A DNA stretch of 64,000 bases, from assembly GCF_018977255.1 (NCBI RefSeq), contig NW_024704743.1:84198001-84262000 (forward strand), read 5' to 3'. The DNA is from Callorhinchus milii. Its lineage: Eukaryota. The notes beneath the pieces are model-generated. The model was not told the DNA's origin. It saw only the letters and a program-made list of their open reading frames with translations, and did no database searches. Both the position numbers and the translations under genes were made by a program. Shown piece after piece: positions 11,991 through 24,129 of this stretch. Numbering within the stretch: position 1 is the stretch's first letter; every line of letters begins with the position of its first letter.

Positions 11991-14162
11991 CAACAGGCAT
12001 TTATTAGCACATTCACACATACAAAAACATTTACTTTGGTGATATATTACAAATTGAAATGTTTAAAAAGTTCATTTTATTGCCATTCATAAGGATTTTG
12101 CAGTGTTTTATATCGCTCAGAAGTGAATGGTTGGTAGGTTGACACAACTAAAGCTGTAAAAGGATTGATGTCTTTCGAGGGGAGGAGTCATCCTGTGCTT
12201 ACTGGAAGCTTCTAAATAAAGAGTGGTGGAAGGAGTTCCACATTTTCCCACATTTGTTTGTGGAGTGGGACTGAGAGAATAATAAGAAAGATAGAGGACA
12301 AAGCTAAATAAAGATGGAATGATGCAAAGGACGAACAATATTAATAATAATTCTTACATTTGATATAGCGCCTTATCACGTCTTCGAGATAGTCTCAAAG
12401 CGCTTCACGGTATATTCTGTAAAGTGAATTAACTGCATTTTTTGGGGGGTGAAACAAAAATTCGCCCACAACAAGGCAGAAGAAAAGACAGATAAATTGA
12501 GAAGAAAGTGAATAGTTTTAAGCTGGCAGGATGGGTGGAGCTGGGCGGGGTGATGTGTGAAGGGAGGTACAGAAGGGTTATAGCGTCATGTACAAGATTG
12601 TTACCAATTAGTTCTGGCACCTGTAAACCAGTAACGGTAAACACCCTGACAGAAACACTGGCCCAGGTGGTGAAGTTAGCTGTAATGAGACCGATCGGCA
12701 GCTGCAACATCTCACTCGCGCACGCAAAATTCAGCCTACTGATTGATGAATACAAGTAAAAAACTAAGTTCAAATTTCAGAGAAATCTGACTGCAGGAAA
12801 ACTCCTAATAAAACATTAAACTGGTAATCACTGACAGTGGGGAGTCAGATACAGTGCCTATTCATCAGGTGGGTTGGCAGCCCATTACGTTCAAAGGGTA
12901 GTCTTTATGACATCATTGGCTTATGATCAGGAGGTGGCCCATCATTAGCTTTGCTGCAGGAAATGGCCTATTAAGATACTATTAGTTTAGCAGTAGATCT
13001 TATGCACTGGGCGAGTCACCAGAATGAAATACAGTATGTCCACATTGTTGCTACATTGTGAGTTTCATGAATGATTAAGAATCCAACATTGGGTAAAAAG
13101 TATTGTACAGCAGCTATTTTAATAACACATAATAATCCTTGCATTTGATGTAGCGTCTTATCACGTTGCTGAAACATCTCAAAGTGCTTCACAGAATACA
13201 CTGTAAAGTGAATTGACTGTATATATTATGTAGGTAGGGGCGGCTTGCCATCTCAGAAGAAGGGAGGGAATAGTAAGATTCACTACAGGTGACCTTCACA
13301 TTCTTCTGCAGAGCAAAAGCACTTGTTTATTTACACATATCTACTACTTAAGAAAGGCATGGGAGAGGAAACCATTGAGTCTGCTCTGGCAGTTTATTAG
13401 ACCGTGGCTGATCTTCTAATCCAAATTCCCCATCTATTCTCCATACCCCTCAATATCTTCAACCCTCTACTTATTTTGTGGTGCAGTCTAGAATTCCCCA
13501 AAGATCAGAAGTGCAGTGTTTCCATTTACAAGTAGCTCATTTTGTGCTATAGCCATTGCCATGGATTTTTACTGGAGAGCCAGCTCACCCTTTGCACAAT
13601 GCTTCTGGACTCTGGCATACAGAGGTCATGGGAGTTGAATGACTGGCCTATACTCCAGCAAGAGGAATTAATTTCTGAAATCAGTGATAGGATCTTTGAA
13701 CCAGGGAGAAGAGTTGAGCAACTAGTACTTCGAAAACAGGAAATAGGAGGCCATTCAGCCCATTGAACATGTTCCTTTGGATGTTTCTAGAATATCTTGA
13801 AAAGAGGATGTTTCCCTCTCATTATTTTGTACATTTTGTCCTATCGCAGGCTATGTACTATTATGCAATTGTCTTTCTCCATACACATGGTTCTCCATGA
13901 TCGGATGGCAGGAGACTGCAATTGAAACTGGTGAACTGGACCATTGTTCTCTGACTTTTTCTATCAAGGGAAGAGCTTACTCTGTGGTGTGGTGTGGTGC
14001 GATCCTAGCCAGATCAGAAGTGGAGGTGAGATGGAATGACAGCAAGGCTTGTGCTCACATATTGCATATTTGTTTTGACCAAATATTTGTCAAATTCTCT
14101 TTTATAAAGCTAATATGGAATCTGCTTCTACCAACATTTGGGTAGGAATACATCCATACCCC

Positions 14163-14369
14163 AATAATAATGATAATAATCCTTACAATTGATATAGCGC
14201 TTTTCACGTCGGGAGGACGTCCCAAAGCGCTTCACAGAACACACTGTAAAGTGAATTGACTGTATATTTGTGGGCGAACTCAGCAGCCAATTGCGCACAG
14301 CAATGTCCCACAAACAGTCGTAGATTGAAAGTGACCAATTTTTATTATTGTTTTGTTTTGGAGGGATTA
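14163..14369 (-). mobile_element. Young SINE, 5'-truncated (no tRNA head)
   Basis: Near-identical reverse complement of the 3' two-thirds of the 22952 copy (CTCCC loop variant). Confidence 0.93.
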
Positions 14370-14379
14370 ATGAACTTCT

Positions 14380-14620
14380 GTTTACAGAAAACCTCTCCTA
14401 ACATTTCCCTTTGTTTCTTGGGGCGTGATTTTAAATTTAAGCCCTCTATTTATCAACTTACTGATGGAACTAGTTTATCTTTATTTACCTTACCAAACCT
14501 CTCATCTCTTGTGTCATCCCAGTGAATCTCTTTATATCTTCTCTGTGGCTTTGATATTCTTGCCCCAAATTGGGTCCTAACCAATGATTTGTACTGGTTC
14601 AGCATTACCTTAACCATCAG
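14380..14620 (-). mobile_element. Old CR1 ORF2 C-terminal fragment
   Basis: Minus ORF reads VMLNQYKSLVRTQF, resembling CR1 VML.LYK.LVRP.LEY. Confidence 0.65.
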
Positions 14621-15014
14621 AGTTTGTGTTTTCACCCCAGTATTTAACAGTGCCCCTTAATAAAAATAAACCTGCAAATTTCGCTCAAATGAATGCAAAC
14701 AACATGTTTCCATGCAAGTAAGTTGCCTAAATCCCAGATCCCAGAAGATTCCAGATCTGCTTAGCAGTCAGGCAACAGGGTTTAGTGTGTGGGATAGATT
14801 TCTAAAAAGAGAGGCAAAACATTGTTAAGAATTTTCCACAACTTACTGACTGGCCACTTACACTACCCTCTGTGACTGAACAAATAATTCAAACTTTGAT
14901 GTTTAAATCACTCCTATCTAATTACAATGGATTATTTCCTTGGGCGCATTTGTGGTATTTTGGCACCAACTGCACATCATTTGTAAGAATATTTAGAATT
15001 ATAGCTCATCAGAT

Positions 15015-15700
15015 GATGGTTCTGTGGGCAAAAGTCCCACCTGGTTTGGCTCCGAGCCATACAGACCAGAAAAGTCTCAGGTTCATTCACTTCTCTGTCT
15101 TAAGCGAACTAACCTCAAATACAGCAGCAATAAAATGAATCTGCAGTGCAATGCTGAGGTGTGGTGCATTATTGGAGGTGCCATCCTTTAGATGAGGCAT
15201 TAAATCAATGTCCTGCCTACCTGTTCAGGTGGACATAAAAGATCCCACTGCACTACTTGGAAAGAGAAGGGAGTTGGTTATACTTTTGGTATCCTTACCA
15301 ACAATCCCCAGATAAAATTTGGTCGTTCATTTTACAGTTGCTTGTCATTGCGTATGCAAAGTGTCTGCCACTCTTGCCTGCAAGATACATAGTCACTACA
15401 CTTTACATTAAATCCTGTGCAGAGCTTTGAGACATCCTCACAACATGAAAGGCACTGTATCAAATGCAAGGATTATTATTATGCTTATTATTATTTTATT
15501 TGGAGATTTTGGGCTAAAAATGTGCAGAATTGGCCACTGTTTTACACCTGGCAGCTGTCTTGTGACTTATTGGAAGTACATTCGATGTAGGGTTTTGGTG
15601 AGGGCAACTGCTGTGATATCCCTCAGTCATTGAATAAAGAGCCTGTACATTCTATTATATAAAGAATGGCCACGTAGGCAGGAAGGGGCCATGGGGTAGA
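15015..15700 (+). mobile_element. Ancient SINE (15015-15131 and 15500-15700) split by a DeuSINE fragment (15137-15497)
   Basis: Head GAGCCATACAGACCAGAAAAGTCTCAGGTTC; inserted Deu core TTGGAGGTGCCATCCTTTAGATGAGGCATTAAA with (TTA) tail; host resumes with ..CTGTGATATCCC..AAGAATGGCCAC. Confidence 0.7.
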
Positions 15701-15994
15701 AAATACAATAGCTGTATGAATTCACCAATGGCGACTCCAAATGGGAAAGAGCAATTCCTGCCAGTAACCACAGGAATTCAGCTCTAGAAACAGATGATGT
15801 GAAGGTAGAGCTCCCACAGCCACATGTCTAGTTTTCTGGAGAAGTCACTATTGTGAATCCAGTTAGTGAGCTTTGCACTTTCCGTCTCAATTGCCTGACT
15901 GTCCAATTTTTTCCCATACCTCGGCTCCTAATCCCCAGTCTTCTCATACTGGAGTGCAGTTTCATGGGCATTGTTTGCCTTCTATTACCCTTTC

Positions 15995-16260
15995 CCTCCT
16001 CCAAGTCTCCAAGTGGCCATGTGTGAGTGTTGGCAATAAGTGGCACCAGGGGACTCAAAGTGTACAGGGCATCACAGCCAAGCCTGACCTCTCCACACAT
16101 GTCAAGCAAACATTTCTGATATTTTGCCCTCCCTTATGTTGAGAATGCCAGAATTAATTTAACCTGCCCACCCAGTCCTATCTCTGACCAACAAATTCAG
16201 CACAAAGTGGGATTAGAACCAGCAAGCTCCTCTGAACTACAGCTCTATCCATTGCATCAT
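15995..16260 (-). mobile_element. Ancient SINE-like repeat fragment
   Basis: CCAAGTGGCCAT..GTGAGTGTTGGCA..GGGCATCACAGCCAAGCCTGACC is antisense to motifs at 15600-15680 and 52000-52110. Confidence 0.55.
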
Positions 16261-19200
16261 TGGGACTCTCTTCTGTCTCAGATTTATAAACCAAATAATA
16301 ATGTTAATTATATGTACTGGGGAACTGCATTTCATTTTAAAGTGAAGGATTTGAGTGCATATAAAATCTACATAGTATGAATATGTTAAGATCCTAATTT
16401 ATAATTATATAAAATCTAGACCCAATTGCATGGGAGAGATTAAAGAGATTAAGGATACCCACACCCTCCCCAAATTTACCATATACAGTAACTACTGTTT
16501 GTATGTTCAGCTGATCCTTTTCTTGTAAGCACAACACTCCACTTTACAATTGTATAAAATTAGGCATTTTCAGTGCATCACCTTCGAAGTTGAATAGATT
16601 TTATTTAAGTGTGTTAAATTATTGCCTGTTTATGGGAATATTATTGTCTGATTCAAAAAATGCCAAGCAAAGTTGCAGAACATAATATCGTTTTTAGTCT
16701 AAAAGATGGATATTCCAACAGGTTTGAAAATAATCATCTTTTTAATGCAAGTTTTGGATTAATACTGGGAATTATCTAGCCTTTTTTGACAACTGGCAAA
16801 GTTTCGGTGCTGAGGATATAGTTATTGCTCTTTCGAGAGGTTTGTGAAATATTTATAAAAAGAAAATCAAAATAATCCATGGATTTATTGTGGTGCTTTT
16901 AATTAGTAAACAGTGGCATGCTAACCTTTGTCATTATTTAACAGCTGGGAGTAGCAAGCTGCTCTTTTCGAAAAGTGAGGGTTAATCATTAAGTGATTCA
17001 TTTGAAATACTGAATTAGCAATACATGAGCTTCCTTGGAGGAAAAAAGCTTGCATTACAATAGTAAGACTAGATCAATTCAACTGAGAATCCGGGTTGAT
17101 AAAAAGGGCAATTTTCTCATAAACACTGAACTTTCCTTGCACCCGGTACTCAGTTTATAGCAGTTGAGATGTCCATTGTCAGAAGTAGCATGGAATTAGC
17201 AAAGCTACAGGTTGGTATTTTAGAAGAAGAGAGCCTCAGTATCTAATTGTATGCACCTCTGAGCATGTCCTTCCACTTTACAGCTATTAAAAGCAAATCT
17301 CCCCTTGTCCTTTTTAATTTTTAATTACCATTGTCTCCTCACCTTTGTTTTACCCGTGACATCTTCAAATTAAACAGCACCAGAGAGCTTGATGTGAACA
17401 GTTTTCTTTTCAGCCTAAGTGACTGCAGCTTGTTCAATTGTTAATTATGCGGGGAGGTTTGCATGGCTGAGGCTGGTAATATGAATATGTTCACAGTGCC
17501 AACCCTCTGTCTCGGCAGCCCAGCTTGTAAAAGGATTATGATGATGTATATATAGTTCATGGCTAAGTAGGCTAATGAAAGTACCTCATTTAATCAAACA
17601 CAATGAATTAAATGAACTTATGATATTAACCCGTCATCCCTTGCATGTATAATTTATATTAATTGATCTGTTGGGTCTAAATTGACCAATCAGGTGGGGC
17701 ACAGACAGCCTAAGGATGAGAAAGGTACCATTAGTGTTGGTTTGATGCAAACTATAATTGATGGGTCAGTGTGTTTTAGGGTTGTAGCTAAGGCTTTGTT
17801 AATTGTCATAAGAAGCTCAAATTGATTGTGTCTGCATTAGTACATAAATTTGAATTGATTAATGTTTTGTTCTAAAATTAATGTCTGTAATGGATGGGCG
17901 GTGTGGTGCTTTATTTATTGGGTTCATTAATGTGCTTGGGGAAAAAAAATGCTTTGAAGTTGGGTTACGAAGAACAGATCATTAGGGATGAGCTGAGTGG
18001 AGTGGTAGAAGGTAAAGAGACAGCATTCCCTCATTGAAGCCAAGCTGCCAGCTGCAAGCCTTGCTGTTTATAATGTGTGGATCTCAGACACCACAGCCAA
18101 ACCCTTTCTCCTAACAGAGTTAGTTGTTAGTTACTTAACAACAGGGAGCAGAGAAATTCACAAATCGTGAGAATGCTCACCAGAACGTGAGCGAACCAAC
18201 AAATAAAATAAAATTACCTTGTTTGTCATGACCGTAGATTGTGTTTGTGCATTACCTTTCTTTTTGATAAATTAGCACCATACTATTTCAAGGAAATTCA
18301 TCACAGTGACTAGAACAGGCACCAATACAAAAAGAAAGTCCCAGAATTGACATGAGATGTATCTGAATATTTTCTGTGCTTCTTGAGATTTAAAAATAAA
18401 TAGACATTGTCTCTGTCCCATATGATGTAGTCACAAATGTTACTCCATGTGGTGGCACTAGTAAGTAACTAGTGTCACTCTTCTGGTTCTCTGACATTTA
18501 CACTCACATTTGTCTGTCACTAGCTTTCCTGCTGATGCCTGGATGATTGCTACCTGCCACATGGTAGGGTAAAATCCCTTCTTGTTGATTTATTATTGTA
18601 TTTTTAAGCTTGAAAGCACTTGTTCTGTCGCCAAGGTAGGCAGTTCTGCTACTGAGAAGCTGTCTCAAAATGTTAAAAAAAATTGCAATGTGGGTGGGTG
18701 AGGAAAACGTTTAACTTTGTAATTCTTGTTTTATTTCCAAGCCCTCATCCATAAAGTAATCTACCACCTCATCCCCATGAACAAATATTCCTCCTTATTT
18801 GGGAAGTGGCTTTACAATCCAGCCTTGGACATCTGCACTTGGTTACCCTTTATCTTTATCTGAGTGATGTTATTTCCTTTCCCTTGACAGCTTTCTCACC
18901 ATCCCATGTAAAATTTAGATTCTAAACAAAATCTCTCCATCCAGTTCATTTAGTATTGATCATTCTGCACTATTTCAGTGGGAAATACCCTTTAAGTTAC
19001 ACTTTACAAATTCCTTTAGTGGATCATTTTCTACCGTCCAAAAATGAAAGTCATAGGTTACCAGAATAGCTCTTCCTGTCTTGTTCCTTGCACATTTAGA
19101 CATTAGTTGGCGCTACTGTAAAAGAAGCTGAAACAACTTAAAGAAGTTGTGTGAAACACTGAGATGAGATAGGAGAGCTGTGCAAGATGGACACTGGGTA

Positions 19201-19674
19201 CTGTATAATACCTTGGACTGCAAATAGACAGCCCAGCTTTACAAAATACTTAAGACTGGTTTTATACAGAAGTGCAATAGTGAAGAGCTAGGTGGCATAG
19301 TTATACAAAAAAGAAACTGGGTGCCATGACTGTCTCAAGCACTGCAGAGGCAAACATCTATTCACTGAGTGAAAAGATGCCAGTTCTGAGGAGAGAAGCA
19401 CTGTTTTATGTGTTTTTTTACCTTTGGCACTTTGGGTCAGTATAAAATATTCCCAGATCAAGAACAACTCAGGCATAGATGCACAGTAAACTTCTGCTTA
19501 CACTATCCAACAACATGTGTCACAGATAGAGCTGACACCTTCCTCTATGCTGCCCGAATCTTCTCTGGTTATTCACAACCTGACAAGTTGAACCTTTTCT
19601 ATAGTTATATGGCATTCGCATTTCTGACATCAATTCTGTAACTTGTTTTAAGCAAGATTGTCAAAGTAGCAATC

Positions 19675-20068
19675 AATAATAATCTTTATATATTATTGCT
19701 GAAAAATCTCAAAATTACAGTAAATGTAGTGATTGTGAATTCATATACAAATATAATAGTCAATTTGCGCAAGGCAATCTCCCACAAACAACAATGAAAT
19801 GAATAGTAAATGATCAATTTTATCAGGAGGATTTCTGACTAGGAAGGACACTGCGAGAAACTGATTCTACTTTTCAAATAGTGCCAAGGGACATTTAACA
19901 TCCACCTGAAAAGGTAGATGGGACCCTTGTTTAAAGTTGCATCTGAAGCACAATGCCTCAGATAATGCAGCATTCCCCCATCTCTGCAATGGAATGTCAG
20001 CCCAGACATGGCACTTGATCCCATAATCTTCTGACCCAGAAGCAAGAATGCTGCAATTGAACCAAGGT
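19675..20068 (-). mobile_element. DeuSINE, near full length, diverged
   Basis: CCCACAAACAAC..AATAGTGCCAAGGGACATTTAACATCCACCTGAA..GGAATGTCAGCCCAGAC..CTTCTGACCCAGAAGCAAGAATGCTGC (antisense head). Confidence 0.85.
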
Positions 20069-21394
20069 GATATCTAGCATAAATCATAGACAGTTTTGTA
20101 CTGTGGACTCAGAACCTCTAACAATAGGGTTGAGATCTGCACAAACACATTTAATTTGATACCAGCTGAGACTGAGAGAGGGGACCTTTCTCCCATCAAT
20201 TGGGCTGCTTCTGGAGATAAACGTTCTAATCCACTGTGTAACAACTCTCTCAAGTGTGTGTTTTAATGGACATCTTGAGTTTTTTTTTCAACCGTGTCCT
20301 GATCTATTTCCACCTTCTATCTATCATAACCTTTCATATCTTTTTTCAAGAAAATGTAGAGAATGTTACAGCATGCTGTGACACTTTAGTGTGGGAGGTA
20401 TTATATCTGTTGTGGAGCAAAAATTTTAATAGGGTCTCAACCGGCTCTAAACTTTTTCCTAACAGTTTTGAATGTGCACATTTTGGACAATTCTTAATTC
20501 AGTTTTGATTTTGAAGCATGTTTCCTGCAGTTCTTAAAATAACATGCATTTAAAGAACTATCCAACATGGTAGCATTCGGAAATGCTACGAAAAAAGTCT
20601 AAATCTAGACGAAGGTGAAATCTGCTATTTACATCTACTCCATAGCATCCATGTCATGTTGAATGCAACTTACAATATTTCACTGAAGTATCAATCAGGC
20701 TGATTATTAGAAGACGGACCTATTTGAATAAGTAACACTGATATGTCTCTCTTGAGGGATGTCAAACACATACAGCATTATATAAGTCATATTGGAATGG
20801 CTTCCACTGAGTTATAATAATTCATGCTTTTTTTTCATAAATCAATGTAATCTCACACTGTAGGACCTCATTATTCTTTAATGCTAAGGGGTGCCCATTA
20901 CAGTTTTGATTTATGAAGCAATTTTTCTTATCCAAATGATAAAATTGTACAAAACACATTGCACAATCATGTCAGGATTGTGCATTTTTGCAGAATGTGC
21001 TTGTTTTTGCTTGTTAAGCCATTCAGTTCCCGTCTAAAAATCAACCTTTACAGATAAGTTTTCAACTTGATTTGTCTGAATGAAAAGCTCTGTGAGGACT
21101 GCAATGAGATTACTCATTTGAGATGCCCACTTCCTCGTTCAAGGTGAATATCACATGAAAGATAAATAATAAGCTTAATAATAATCCTGGTAATGGATAT
21201 AGCGACTTTCACCTCAGGAGGACAACTCAAAGCATTCCATAAGATATAAAAAATATTGAAAAAGGGAAGAGTAAATATAAAGGTCAACAGGGCAAGCATA
21301 GGCTTTCAATATATTTATTTTAATTTTAACTCATCTTTGGATTTATCTTAGTGAGTTAGAGTTACTATTTTAAGTATTTTTGAGTTCAAGATCT

Positions 21395-21625
21395 TTATCC
21401 TTCGCCTTCACCCCTTTGCCCCTCTCTTGCCTCTTCCAATGTCCATCTCCAGATCTTCCTTTTTGACTGCACTTTAGGCCACCTTTCCCCCGCTATCCCC
21501 GCCCCCACCCCTCCACACACTCCTCCCCACCACACCGACTCCCTCGGACCTCATCCGTAGCACAGGTGCAAACCCCAAACTGTCCAGTGCCTCCCAATGT
21601 AAAAGGTGCCAAATAAATGAAAATT
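21395..21625 (+). mobile_element. Old L2 3' end
   Basis: C-rich 3' region followed by TGTCCAGTGCC..TGTAAAAGGTGCCAAATAAATG, as in other L2 tails in the window. Confidence 0.55.
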
Positions 21626-21865
21626 TGTATGGTATGGTAAGTCATCCTGTTTGCATAGATTAATCTCTGAAATATTAGAACATGATCAGAAGACAAAAAG
21701 ACCAATCAGTCTACAGAGACGGGAGGTTCACCTGCCATCTCTCCTAACGGTTAAAACTGAGGACCCTCAAGGACAAAAGAGAATCAGGCACATCAAGAAA
21801 CTGCAGAAAATGCAAGTGTCAAAGGCAAGGATAGCATAAGAATCAGTGAGAGTCATCACTGATCA

Positions 21866-22075
21866 TTTCACATCAGAAGGATGTCACCAAGTACTTTACA
21901 GGATATAATGTAAAGTGTAGTAACTGTGTATATGTAGGCAAACCTACCATTTGCACACAGCACTATCCCACAAACAGCCATGAAGTGAATGACCAGTTTT
22001 ATATGGGGGATTGTCGACCAGTGCACTGCGAGAAATTCCCTTCTTGTTTTGAATAGTGTCTTTAACATCCACCTA
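21866..22075 (-). mobile_element. DeuSINE fragment
   Basis: TTTGCACACAGCACTATCCCACAAACAGCCATGAAGTGAATGACCA..GGGGATTGT..TTTAACATCCACCT. Confidence 0.82.
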
Positions 22076-22344
22076 TATAGTAGGTTTCACTAAACAGGCA
22101 AATTGTTCAGTTGAGTCTGCTCTGCCATTAAGTCTATGGAAACTTTCTACTTCTAATCCCACCAGTTTTTCTCCACCTTACTTAACAAGAATCTATCTCA
22201 CTCTCTTTTGAATACATTAACGGACTCTGTATATTGCTTTCTGTTGCATATTCTCAAGGCCCTTTTACTGGCTTAGTGTTAATTTTAAGATTATATCCAC
22301 CTGTATTCACCAATCGGATTGAAGAATTGTTATTTTCCCAGGGT

Positions 22345-23945
22345 CCCAGAGTTTTAAAAAAGGTAGCTTATGAGATAGTGGAGGCCTTATGTCTGATCTT
22401 CCCAAATTCCTTGGATTCTGGAACAGTCCCCATGGATTGGAAGATCACAAATGTCACACCACTATTTAAAAAAGGTGGAAAGGTAAAGATGGGGAACTAT
22501 AGGCCAGTTAGTCTCACATCAGTAATAGGAAAAATTTTAGAATCGTTGATTAAGAATGTGGTAGTGCGGTATCTAGGGGAGCACAATATAATTAGGCCAA
22601 GTCAACATGGCTTTACAAAAGGGAAGTCATGTTTGACAAATCTCATAAGAGTTTTTTGAGGACATTTCCAGTAAACTAGATAAGGGTGAATCAGTGGATG
22701 AATCAGAAGGCATTCGATAAGGTGTCGCATAAAAGGTTAGTCCAAAAGATAAGGGCCCATGGAATTGGGGGGAGCATATTAATGTGGATTGGGGAATGGT
22801 TAACGGGTAGGAAACAAAGAGTAGGGATAAACGGGCCCTTTTCGGATTGGCGGGATGTGACTAGTGGATTTAGTGGATAGTGACTAGTGGATGGCACTAG
22901 TGGAGTGCCACAAGGATCAGTCCTTGGGCCTCAGCTATTTACCATCTACATGTGGAGTCCTGTAGCTCAGTGGTTAGAGCACTCGCTTTGCAAGCGAGAG
23001 ACCTGAGTTCAATTCCAGGCAGGGCGAAACCTTGGGCAAGTTTCCTTACTCCACACGCCTAATAATAATCCCTCCAAAAAAAAACAATAATAAATTGGAC
23101 ATTTTCAATCTACAACTGTTTGTAGGACATTGCTGTGCGTAATTGGCTGCCGCGTTCGCCCACAAATATACAATCAATTCACTTTACAGTGTGTTCTGTG
23201 AAGCGCTTTGGGACGTCCTCCCGACGTGAAAAGCGCTATATCAAATGCAAGGATTATTAAGGATTATTATTACATCAACGATCTAGATGATGACATCGAA
23301 GTTGATATATCTAAATTCGTGGATGACACAAAACTAGGAGGAAGTGCCAACACTGCAACTGTATAGGACCCTGGTGAGACCACAACCTGGAATACTGTGT
23401 CCAGTTTTGGTCTCCTCATTTAAGGAAGGACTTACTTGCCTTGGAGGGGGTGCAGCGTAGATTTACTAGGTTAGTGCCAGGGATGAAGGGGATGAGTTAC
23501 GAGGATAGGCTCGCCAATTTGGGCCTATATTCTCTAGAATATAGAAGAATTAGAGGGGATCTTATAGAAACCTATAAGATCATCAAAGGGCATGATAGAG
23601 TAGATAGTGGGAGATTGTTTCCCCTGGTTGGAGAAACTAAAATCAGGGGTCACAACCTTAAAATCAGAAGCTAGCCCTTTCGCACTGAGTTGAGGAAGAA
23701 CTTCTTCACTCAAAGGGTAGTGAATGTATGGAACTCACTACCCCAAAGGGCTGTTGACGCTCAGTCCTTGAACATATTCAAGACTGAGATAGATTTCTTA
23801 TTGCAAAAGGGATTAAGGGATATGGGGATAAGGCAGGGTCAGGTTATTAGCTGGAGTTAGATTAGAAGATCGTGCCATGATTGAATGGTGGGCAGGCTCG
23901 AAGGGCCGAATGACCTACTCCTGCTCCTACATGTTATGTTATGTT
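22345..23945 (+). mobile_element. CR1 LINE copy A, 5'-truncated, with internal deletions and a nested SINE
   Basis: PRVLKKVAYEIVEALCLIF..DWKITNVTPLFKKG..NYRPVSLTS..QHGFTKGKSCLTN; EGVQRRFTRLVPGM; 3' UTR GGCTCGAAGGGCCGAATGACCTACTCCTGCTCCTA plus (ATGTT)n. Confidence 0.96.
22952..23270 (+). mobile_element. Young full-length tRNA-Ala-headed SINE inserted in the CR1 RT region
   Basis: Perfect anticodon arm CTCGC-TTTGCAA-GCGAG, A and B boxes, TSD TACAT (22947-22951 / 23271-23275), duplicated tail unit AAGGATTATT. Confidence 0.97.
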
Positions 23946-24129
23946 AAAGTTTTAAACTAGTAAAGTGGGGGGGGGGGATACGATTAGAAATAATTCCAAG
24001 CCAGAAATATTAAGAAAACTAATGGTGGCAGAACAGAATAGCAAGAGAGATTAACGGAATAGGTCAAAGAGGGGTAAGAAGCTCAGTGAAGAAGATAGGG
24101 CAGCAGAGAGTAGAGGAAATGGTAAGAAA

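Noticed and set aside
12429..12773. 114-aa and 83-aa opposite-strand ORFs
   Set aside because: No protein motif or credible exon boundaries; likely chance ORFs or a decayed repeat.
22952..23027. tRNA-Ala(TGC)-like cloverleaf (also at 1301, 7365, 39075, 62703)
   Set aside because: Always fused to the same SINE body and tail, with an imperfect T stem and TSDs. These are SINE heads, not tRNA genes.
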